Shown piece after piece: positions 8,446 through 15,479 of a DNA stretch of 24,570 nucleotides. The position numbers were made by a program, and so were the translations under genes. The first letter of the stretch is position 1; each line of letters begins with the position of its first letter. The notes under the pieces are model-generated. The model worked only from the letters and a program-made list of their open reading frames with translations. It did not search any database and was not told the DNA's origin. The stretch is from a virus (taxonomy: Duplodnaviria; Caudoviricetes): positions 1-24,570 of IMG/VR virus record IMGVR_UViG_3300025084_000214. One strand, 5' to 3'.

Positions 8446-9904
8446 AAGTTTTTACTTTGACATCTATGATTTCGTAGTTGAATTTTTCTTCGTTATAGAC
8501 TTTGACTCTCTCCATTAAATGGTTGAGTGTATAGTTGTTACCTCTGTCTGTAGAGATATCATCAGCAAGGTCGTATAACGTTGCTTGAGATTTATTTTCG
8601 CCTTTCCTTAGGACACGACCAATAGATTGAAGGTTGCGAACTCTGGACTTTGAAGGACTTGCGAAGATAACGTTGTGTAATTTTTTGATGTTGATGCCTG
8701 TGGAAAACGTACCATATGAAGCAACGATGATGGCATTGTCAGATTGTTCGGTTAGTAGTCTGATGTCTTCACGGTCATTAACATCTACTCCACCATGTAC
8801 GAAATGTACTGGTCTTTCGGTGTAACTATTTATCATCTCGTACAAAGGCACCCCATGGCGTTCTACATAGTTGAAAAGGACTAGGGTGTTTCCCTTTAAA
8901 TCACAGGCAAGATTACGGATAAATTTATTTCTACCTTCATGTTCTACAAGGTATCCAATCTCATCTTGATAACCCTCAAACAGTTTCTCTTCATGCTTCA
9001 ATAGAACAATCTTCACCTTCAACTTAGCAACATGTCCTTCTTGCATTAGTTGTGCAGTTTTGGTAACCTGTGAACATCTACCAAATACACCTTCCAGAAC
9101 TAACTGATTGACATTCGCACCATCAAGAGTTCCTGTAAATCCAATACGATATTTACATTCATGCAACTTACCCATCAAAGACGTAAGAGATTTAGCTTTG
9201 AAAAGGTGTGCCTCGTCACCGATGACTACATCGAACCTGTCAAACCACTTACGAGGTTCCTTATAGATAGATTGCCAAGTGGTAATTACCACCTGATGGT
9301 CCGTGTATTTTTCTGCCCCCGCATATATCTTGTGGCAGTTTTCGGCACACGTCCATCCGTATTCATGAAAGTCCTTGTACATCTGCTCAACTAAAGATGT
9401 AGTTGGGACAACAATTAAAATATTTCTGTCTGCATTTGCATGAAAGCGTACCAATGCATAAATCATCAGAGACTTTCCAGAAGCTGTCGGTGATAATAAA
9501 AGTCTTCTATTATATTTTAGTGCCTCGTATATTGCTTTATACTGATAATCCCGAGCGGGATACGGTAAGTGAAGAGACTTTACAAAACCTACAACACCCT
9601 GAGGAGTGATAAAATCATTCTGTGCTAGAGGGTGACCAAAGAACTTACATTCTTCAAACTTATATTGATACTTCTTCTCGTCTGCCCACTCCAAAAGATA
9701 GTCTAATAGACCACAATATATTTCTCCTGTTGCAGGTGAGTACAAACGAATCTTTCCGTCCCACCCTTTCCAACGGCGTTGCTTCTGCATATACTTTGCA
9801 GACTCAACTTCAAAACAAAAATAATCTGCTAGTTCATAATTAATGTGAGGTTCTGCCTCAACCTTAAGATAAACTTCATTCTTTTTACGAATACGGAGGT
9901 CCAT
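8438..9904 (-). CDS. uvsW: UvsW SF2 DNA helicase
   Basis: RDYQ, SPTASGKS, DEAH, TGT, QSIGRVLR helicase motifs. Confidence 0.97.
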   Translation of the reverse strand: MDLRIRKKNEVYLKVEAEPHINYELADYFCFEVESAKYMQKQRRWKGWDGKIRLYSPATGEIYCGLLDYLLEWADEKKYQYKFEECKFFGHPLAQNDFITPQGVVGFVKSLHLPYPARDYQYKAIYEALKYNRRLLLSPTASGKSLMIYALVRFHANADRNILIVVPTTSLVEQMYKDFHEYGWTCAENCHKIYAGAEKYTDHQVVITTWQSIYKEPRKWFDRFDVVIGDEAHLFKAKSLTSLMGKLHECKYRIGFTGTLDGANVNQLVLEGVFGRCSQVTKTAQLMQEGHVAKLKVKIVLLKHEEKLFEGYQDEIGYLVEHEGRNKFIRNLACDLKGNTLVLFNYVERHGVPLYEMINSYTERPVHFVHGGVDVNDREDIRLLTEQSDNAIIVASYGTFSTGINIKKLHNVIFASPSKSRVRNLQSIGRVLRKGENKSQATLYDLADDISTDRGNNYTLNHLMERVKVYNEEKFNYEIIDVKVKTYD

Positions 9905-10436
9905 AAAACCATGCTACAAGAGATTTACGCAATCCTGATGTTACAGGTCTAACCCTGTGCCATTGATCACCTTGAAAAAAGACGGCAGTTCCTGGTTTTG
10001 TTTTAAACGATTTATACCTAGGTTCTACCCCTGGACTATATATCTCCAAATCAAACTCCCCTCCCTCGTAGTCATCGTTTAGGAAGAGTGACATACTAAT
10101 CTTTCTTACGTTACCTCTAACAGGTCTGGGGTGTTGATCTACGTGCCAATTATATGTCCCTCCTGGTTCATATAATCCATATTGAATAGGTTCAACTCCA
10201 GTAATATTAAAGTTCCATCCAGCGTTTCTATTAACCTGCTTGACCATCTTCAGTAGCATGATATATAACTGCTCGTCTTTCACCCATGCTATTTTAGATT
10301 TTCGTTTTGTTTCATTTTTTTGGTCATACAACCGACCATCTTCCCACTTAAAAAAATTGCCAGTTAATGCAGTATTGACTACTTGCATCGACTGGCGATT
10401 AAAAGAAACTTCTTTATAATATAGACCGTAATTCAT
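9885..10436 (-). CDS. 2OG-Fe(II) oxygenase (prolyl-4-hydroxylase-like)
   Basis: WHVD...YEGGEF...WHRVRPV..G.RKSLVAW; start set at the ATG in the TAATG overlap with the uvsY stop (track start 10463). Confidence 0.9.
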   Translation of the reverse strand: MNYGLYYKEVSFNRQSMQVVNTALTGNFFKWEDGRLYDQKNETKRKSKIAWVKDEQLYIMLLKMVKQVNRNAGWNFNITGVEPIQYGLYEPGGTYNWHVDQHPRPVRGNVRKISMSLFLNDDYEGGEFDLEIYSPGVEPRYKSFKTKPGTAVFFQGDQWHRVRPVTSGLRKSLVAWFYGPPYS

Positions 10437-10864
10437 TACATACCAGATTGAAACCTTTTCCATTCAATAGCGTTCTTGATATGATATGTACGACTATTGA
10501 TTTGTCGCAATACCCCATCCAGAAAGAAAAGAACCTGTTCTATGTATCCAATCTTATATTGTAGTTTTCCAATCTCTTCATCTGCCTCAATGAACATTGA
10601 GATTTCTTCTTTGGTTGTAAGTTTTAAATCAAAGGGCATCTCTTTGTAGATTGCTGCAGGTGCTTTACCTTTGTAATACAACCACTTCTCTTTGATGAGG
10701 CGTTTCATTTGAATTTCACGATCTCTTTTCATTAAAGAGAATGTGTTATGAAACTCCATATATTTCATATGGAGTTGAGGGATTTTGATTGAATCGTTAT
10801 CATGCAAATCATCATCAAGTTTGCAATCAGTTTTCCACTGTTCCTGTAGTGTTTCTAAATTCAT
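10436..10864 (-). CDS. uvsY: UvsY recombination mediator
   Basis: IPQLHMKY, WLYYKGKA, IKNAIEWKRFQSG; synteny g3-uvsY-uvsW. Confidence 0.93.
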   Translation of the reverse strand: MNLETLQEQWKTDCKLDDDLHDNDSIKIPQLHMKYMEFHNTFSLMKRDREIQMKRLIKEKWLYYKGKAPAAIYKEMPFDLKLTTKEEISMFIEADEEIGKLQYKIGYIEQVLFFLDGVLRQINSRTYHIKNAIEWKRFQSGM

Positions 10865-10994
10865 GACAATATTTAAGTTTGAGTCCTTGTAAAATCCAAG
10901 CCTGTGATAAGGACTTGGGTCCGTTCATTATTAGTCTAGCATATTTGTATTTTAAATTGGGGTCTGCTAATGCTCTTCTCTTCCAACTATTCAT
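10827..10994 (-). CDS. Small basic hypothetical protein (55 aa)
   Basis: Not in track. MNSWKRRALADPNLKYKYARLIMNGPKSLSQAWILQGLKLKYCHEFRNTTGTVEN; ATGA overlap with the g3 stop. Confidence 0.6.
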   Translation of the reverse strand: MNSWKRRALADPNLKYKYARLIMNGPKSLSQAWILQGLKLKYCHEFRNTTGTVEN

Positions 10995-11539
10995 CTTCTA
11001 GTTTGACTGTTGATATTTCTGATTTCATATAGGGTGTATTTAAAAGTTGCTGAAGCAATAAAATAATCATTGTCACTTCCAGTGACATCAAATGATAATG
11101 TAGATAAGTCACTTGGGAACAAATCTTTAAAGACAACATCAAAGTTTGCTAAGTTGTTGTTATTTAATACTTGCAAAGTTGCATCAGAAAATCTTGGATC
11201 TTGTGATGGAGATTTTGCATTTGATTCATTCCAAAGTGTTCTTTCTTTAAACTCCTGCGGTGTTCCCAATGCACGCATCCAATTGTGCAATTGCATATAA
11301 TTTTCTAAATCTTCATCTACGATAAATTCAATCGTAAAATCACTATACCTCATGTTCCCTTCTACAGGGATTGGAACTAATCCTCTAGTTGGAATTTGAA
11401 CATCTCCCAATGTTACAGGTGGGATTTCTGCTTTCTGACACAAAAAAGAAACCTTATTTGCTTTATCCAGTAGGAATAAAAATCCAATTGGTGAAAGAAA
11501 GTTTTTATTTGTTAATTGGTCGCCGTACCAGTTTGCCAT
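10991..11539 (-). CDS. g3: Tail completion/sheath stabilizer gp3
   Basis: NKNFLSPIGF, FIVDEDLENY, SDATL, FKDLFP motifs; start moved to MANWY (11539) because the track start lies inside a terminator. Confidence 0.92.
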   Translation of the reverse strand: MANWYGDQLTNKNFLSPIGFLFLLDKANKVSFLCQKAEIPPVTLGDVQIPTRGLVPIPVEGNMRYSDFTIEFIVDEDLENYMQLHNWMRALGTPQEFKERTLWNESNAKSPSQDPRFSDATLQVLNNNNLANFDVVFKDLFPSDLSTLSFDVTGSDNDYFIASATFKYTLYEIRNINSQTRR

Positions 11540-11562
11540 TAATGGTTGTTTATCTTCCTTAG

Positions 11563-11569
11563 TATTTAG
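11563..11569 (-). promoter_or_regulatory. Late promoter variant (CTAAATA) for g3
   Basis: 23 nt upstream of ATG 11539, right after a terminator. Confidence 0.6.
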
Positions 11570-11572
11570 AAT

Positions 11573-11603
11573 AAAAAAATGAGGTCCCAATAGAGACCTC
11601 ATT
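11573..11603 (-). terminator. Rho-independent terminator
   Basis: AATGAGGTCTC-TATT-GGGACCTCATT followed by a T run. Confidence 0.85.
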
Positions 11604-11636
11604 CACTTCCTTCACACGGTATAATATGTATATGAT

Positions 11637-11795
11637 TTACATAAGCACTTCCTTGCAGATTCTTTTACATGATGCTTGATGCGTATCTGTACATTCAATT
11701 AGGCATTCGTAGTAATCGTTTATTTTTTCTAATTCGGTAGAATCCTCAAAGTGTGACCATTCGTATAACTGATTTCTAGAAGCGAGGTTGTTCAT
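11637..11795 (-). CDS. Small twin CX3C protein (52 aa)
   Basis: Not in track. MNNLASRNQLYEWSHFEDSTELEKINDYYECLIECTDTHQASCKRICKEVLM; bounded by terminators, AGGA upstream. Confidence 0.8.
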   Translation of the reverse strand: MNNLASRNQLYEWSHFEDSTELEKINDYYECLIECTDTHQASCKRICKEVLM

Positions 11796-11847
11796 AGTTT
11801 TCCTGTTCGTATCTGTGATTCATAATGTAGTTCAAATTTGGGGTCAT
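11776..11847 (-). CDS. Putative leader peptide / uORF (23 aa)
   Basis: GAGGTG SD 5 nt before ATG; MTPNLNYIMNHRYEQENYEQPRF; overlaps the start of 11637..11795 out of frame. Confidence 0.45.
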   Translation of the reverse strand: MTPNLNYIMNHRYEQENYEQPRF

Positions 11848-11945
11848 TTGTTCACCTCGTAATTCTATACTATCTATACTAGTTTGTCAGGAAATACTCA
11901 CTTAACGCAAAGAATATTATTGCCTACTAATTTATACCTAGGCAT

Positions 11946-11971
11946 AAAAAAGACCCCCTTGTAGGAGGTCT
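11946..11971 (-). terminator. Rho-independent terminator after g23
   Basis: AGACCTCCT-ACA-AGGGGGTCT followed by TTTTT. Confidence 0.85.
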
Positions 11972-11980
11972 GAAAGGGCA

Positions 11981-12001
11981 TGTGGGACAACCTGCCCCAC
12001 A
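11981..12001 (-). other. Stem-loop 10 nt downstream of the g23 stop
   Basis: TGTGGGGC-AGGTT-GTCCCACA (8 bp, one G-U pair). Confidence 0.6.
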
Positions 12002-12011
12002 ACAACCTGCA

Positions 12012-13385
12012 TCACATAAGGTTCGTGACCTGTACACGACGGTAGTAACGGTTGGCGTTGGCGGTAAGTGCGCCTGAACCTTGAGTAAGACCGTTAGCGA
12101 AGGGGTTCGAGACCATGCCGTAGCGAGTCTTGAAGCCAATCTTGGGCTGGAAGGTGTCAGGGTTGATTGCACGAACCTGCTGAAGAGGAACATATGGGCA
12201 ATAGAACAGACCAGCGTCATAGGCGCTAGTACCCTTATAACCAGCAACATAGAAGTGCTTGTCAGCAAGGTTTGCAGAGTAAGGATCAACGTAGACCTTA
12301 ATCTTGCCGTTGAGTGTACCAACCAGTGTGCTGGAGGTATCGTCAACACCTGCGAGAGCATTGTTACCAGCAAGAGCAGGAGTGTAGTCAAGTACACCAG
12401 CCATACCCAGTGCAGAAGCAACGTCGGCAGAACAAATCAGGATGTTGCCCTTGCCACGACGAGTTTGCTGACCGATGGCGTTAGAATCGCGCTCAATCTG
12501 GAACAGAAGTCCTTTGAACTTCTCAACAGACCAGCGACCGTTGGAGTCAACGTCAAGGTCAAAGATACCAGCGTTAGCGGTATTGTTCTGAGCACCAGGA
12601 ACAGCGTTTGTGTAGATGGTACGAACAACTTCGCGGTTGATTTCAGCAAGGATTTCAGTGCTGAGGATGTTAGCCAGTTCGGTCTCAGCATCCAAGCCAT
12701 GAATCGCCTTAAGGTCTTGAGCCAGTTCGATGCTGTACTCGGCCTTCAGGGCGCGTGCCTTTGCAGTAACGGTGACTTTCTCAATCGAGAAACCCATCTC
12801 ACGGAAAGCAGTGGATGAAGAACCATCGTTAAGTGCTTCAACTGTTGCCGTGCTCATGCCAGTGGCGTCGTCTGCTTGCTCATAGGTTCCAGCAGGGGAA
12901 TCGTTGAGAAGTGCAGGGTTGTTGCCTTGGGCATCGTTGGTTGCGTCAGAAGCACCAGGATCGTATGCACCAGGACCACCAGAGAAACCAGCGTTAGGCT
13001 CGTTGAAGAATGCTTCGTCGTAACCAGAGGCATTAGGATCGCGCTCGCTACCATAGTTGGTACGCATTGCGAAGATAAGTCCAGTAGGACCAGTCATCGG
13101 TTGAACGCCAGCAATATCATAAGCGATAAGCTGAGGCATGGAGCGGCGGATCAGGCTAATCAGAACAGGGTCGAAACCTGCTACAGGACCTGTTGCTGTA
13201 TCGCCACCAGTGTAACCAGTGGTTTGGAGTGTTTCGTTAAGAATGCTTGCCTCTTCGGTCAAAGCTTTCTCTTGGTTTTCTAGGAGTTGTGCAACGACAC
13301 CACGCTTGTGGGAATCGGTGATCTCGGGGAGAGCATCGTGATTCAGAACGGGTGCCCACTTCTCCTGGAGGTTGTGTAAAGACAT
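12012..13385 (-). CDS. g23: Major capsid protein gp23
   Basis: EKWAPVL, LIRRSMPQLIAYDIAGVQPMTGPTGLIFAMR, KARALKAEYS, FQPKIGFKTRYG. Confidence 0.99.
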   Translation of the reverse strand: MSLHNLQEKWAPVLNHDALPEITDSHKRGVVAQLLENQEKALTEEASILNETLQTTGYTGGDTATGPVAGFDPVLISLIRRSMPQLIAYDIAGVQPMTGPTGLIFAMRTNYGSERDPNASGYDEAFFNEPNAGFSGGPGAYDPGASDATNDAQGNNPALLNDSPAGTYEQADDATGMSTATVEALNDGSSSTAFREMGFSIEKVTVTAKARALKAEYSIELAQDLKAIHGLDAETELANILSTEILAEINREVVRTIYTNAVPGAQNNTANAGIFDLDVDSNGRWSVEKFKGLLFQIERDSNAIGQQTRRGKGNILICSADVASALGMAGVLDYTPALAGNNALAGVDDTSSTLVGTLNGKIKVYVDPYSANLADKHFYVAGYKGTSAYDAGLFYCPYVPLQQVRAINPDTFQPKIGFKTRYGMVSNPFANGLTQGSGALTANANRYYRRVQVTNLM

Positions 13386-13418
13386 TTTAGTTTCCAGTTT
13401 TAAGTAGTTAATTTACAA

Positions 13419-14441
13419 TTATTTAGACCAGCGAGCTAATGCATCAACGTATTTCGACATTGATCCGCTCGTGGTTGATTCTACAAGGGGTTCCGAGACT
13501 TCTTCTGTGGGGTCGCTTACAGATTCTGTAAGTTCAGCCTTTCTAGTGAAGTAGGATTCCTTGATCGTTTCGATTTTCTTACGAAAATCTGCTTCAGTTT
13601 CAAACTCAACACCCTCTGCAAGAGAAGCAAGCTTCTCCTTTTGGGTCTCAGCGAGTCCCGTAGCGCATTCGTTCACAATTTCCATTTTTACAAACTCACC
13701 AACACGCTTATTCAAAGCAACGTTAGTGTCGATTTGCTCGTTGAGTTTAGTTTCCATATCATCAAGCTCACCTGCCATTCCATCTAGCAGGTTGAACTTC
13801 TCCTCAGGCACACTAAAGTTGTGCTCTAAGAAGAGACCTTTTAGACCGTTGAAGAAAGATTCTGCCATCTCAGTCTTAATGCCATGCTCAACAGCCAGGG
13901 TATTTTCCTGCATCCACTGTTCAGCGGCATAAGTGAGGTAATCATCTACCTTCTCGGCCAATTCTGTCTGAATCTTTTCGACTTCTTCAGTCAAGGTAGA
14001 TTCAAATGCCTCTTGCAACGCCGTGACTTCAGCATTCACCTTAGAGGTAACTGCTGCTTCAAAGATTGTTGCTGCTCTTACACGGAAGTCTTCTGAGAGT
14101 TCTTCACCAGCGACAAGAGCGTTAACATCTTCAGTAAAGTCGTACTCGGTTTCAGTGAGGACTTCTTCTTCTTCATCTGTTTCCTCCATTTTAGCGGATG
14201 CGCCACTAGGTTTGGTACTAGGGACTGGTGCTTTTCCTACTGCTTTAGAAGCAGAAGCGCCAGCATTTTTAGTGCCCTTTGCACCTTCTTCTGAATCAGA
14301 AGTAACATCAACTACTTTCGCTGCGCCACCGCCAGAAGTATCAATCTTCTCGCCAGGTTTTGCGTCTTTAGTAACTGCGTTAGAACCTTCGGTCACTTCT
14401 TCCATGTTATCTAACTCTTTATCGAGTGAGGTCTCAGCCAT
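13419..14441 (-). CDS. g22: Prohead core scaffold protein gp22
   Basis: Acidic coiled coil, AATIFEAAV, VDDYLTY; located between g21 and g23. Confidence 0.95.
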   Translation of the reverse strand: MAETSLDKELDNMEEVTEGSNAVTKDAKPGEKIDTSGGGAAKVVDVTSDSEEGAKGTKNAGASASKAVGKAPVPSTKPSGASAKMEETDEEEEVLTETEYDFTEDVNALVAGEELSEDFRVRAATIFEAAVTSKVNAEVTALQEAFESTLTEEVEKIQTELAEKVDDYLTYAAEQWMQENTLAVEHGIKTEMAESFFNGLKGLFLEHNFSVPEEKFNLLDGMAGELDDMETKLNEQIDTNVALNKRVGEFVKMEIVNECATGLAETQKEKLASLAEGVEFETEADFRKKIETIKESYFTRKAELTESVSDPTEEVSEPLVESTTSGSMSKYVDALARWSK

Positions 14442-14479
14442 TTGTTTGAACTCCGTTATGCATTAGCGTTGTCTGTATT

Positions 14480-14487
14480 TATTTATA
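14480..14487 (-). promoter_or_regulatory. T4 late promoter TATAAATA for g22
   Basis: Exact consensus in the g21-g22 intergenic region. Confidence 0.85.
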
Positions 14488-14489
14488 AA

Positions 14490-15134
14490 TCACAAACTCT
14501 TTAAAAACTTAGCAAACGCGGAAACCTTTCTTTCCTGCAAGTTGATAAGAGTTGCTTGGTCAATTTCAGTTTTGATTTGAGAAATTGCTGCCTCTTTGAG
14601 GATGCCATTATCCCAAACCCACTCTTTACCTTCCATGATGCCATCGACAAATGCATCGGGGGCAGAAGGATCTGCTACAATATCAGCAGCAGTGGCAAGC
14701 ATGAAGTCGTCTGCAACAACGCTGCAGCCTTCTTTTTTAATTAAAGAACCCATGCCTCTAGATGAAACGCCAAGCATGACACCTTCATCCAAAAGATTCT
14801 TTGTAATGTTGCCCATGGGAGTATCTAGAATCTTTGCCTTACCAATGAAGTTGTTTCCATCTTCTTTGAGAGACATAATTTTATGTGATACCCTATCCAA
14901 GTTGATGGAAGGACCATCGGGATGACCTAATTCTCCAAGAGCACGCCCTTTTTGAATGTAGTTCTCGCTGTATTTAGCAACTTCGCGCTGCAAAGTTTGC
15001 AACATATACTTTCGGTTGTTGCGATTTTCTACTTCTGCCTGCAAGAAAACACCTTCGATGAAGTAATTCTTCTTGCCTTCTTTCTCTTCACAGAGAAAAT
15101 CTACTTGGGTAATTTCTTCAGCTATCAGTTTCAT
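14490..15134 (-). CDS. g21: Prohead protease gp21
   Basis: ALGELGHP, VSSRGMGS, DIVADPSAPDAFV. Confidence 0.97.
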   Translation of the reverse strand: MKLIAEEITQVDFLCEEKEGKKNYFIEGVFLQAEVENRNNRKYMLQTLQREVAKYSENYIQKGRALGELGHPDGPSINLDRVSHKIMSLKEDGNNFIGKAKILDTPMGNITKNLLDEGVMLGVSSRGMGSLIKKEGCSVVADDFMLATAADIVADPSAPDAFVDGIMEGKEWVWDNGILKEAAISQIKTEIDQATLINLQERKVSAFAKFLKSL

Positions 15135-15441
15135 TTTCTTCTTCGGGGGTTTCTACAGGTTGTTCTAACTCGGCAGTAGGAGGTTCATGTGGCATACGTC
15201 CATCAAATTCAACATTCTCAGGTGGTGTCGTTCCATCAGGTACTGCGTTTGAAACTTCATCTGCAGCATCTTGAGCAGTATCGTCTATGTCAAATCCCAT
15301 CTGCCTTGCAAAATTAATTTTTTGCTGTTGAATAGCATCATATGTTGCTGCCGCCAAGGCATCATTCATAGAATCGATGGCTGCTGCTTTGTCGTCACTA
15401 TAGACTTGTTGAACGATTTGCTTTGCAATGTCACTAGGCAT
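15118..15441 (-). CDS. Acidic prohead core protein (gp67/gp68 position)
   Basis: 107 aa, very acidic, between g20 and g21; function inferred from synteny. Confidence 0.7.
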   Translation of the reverse strand: MPSDIAKQIVQQVYSDDKAAAIDSMNDALAAATYDAIQQQKINFARQMGFDIDDTAQDAADEVSNAVPDGTTPPENVEFDGRMPHEPPTAELEQPVETPEEENETDS

Positions 15442-15464
15442 AATAATTTAGCTCCCAATAATAG

Positions 15465-15479
15465 TATTTAGTTATTTAG
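15465..15479 (-). promoter_or_regulatory. Tandem late promoter variants (CTAAATA x2)
   Basis: Two copies at the g20 stop, upstream of ATG 15441. Confidence 0.55.

Noticed and set aside
11637-11795. CP12 annotation for the 52-aa Cys protein
   Set aside because: Lacks the CP12 C-terminal CxxxPxxxxC motif; the Cys spacing differs.
11880-11900. Possible NtcA site upstream of the CX3C unit
   Set aside because: GTATTTCCTGACA does not fit GTA-N8-TAC.
11981-12014. Selenocysteine insertion (SECIS) at the g23 UGA
   Set aside because: Spacing and the AGGUU loop loosely recall the E. coli fdhF SECIS, but marine picocyanobacteria are not known to have selABC and the UGA sits at the normal gp23 C-terminus.
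11927-12421. 164-aa minus-strand ORF as an independent gene
   Set aside because: Mostly an off-frame shadow of g23 with atypical composition; only the last ~29 codons look meaningful, and they are reported as the frameshift candidate.
12081-14925. Long + strand ORFs (245, 135, 123, 147, 109 aa) opposite g23/g22/g21
   Set aside because: Shadow ORFs expected from the codon bias of highly expressed genes; no recognisable motifs.
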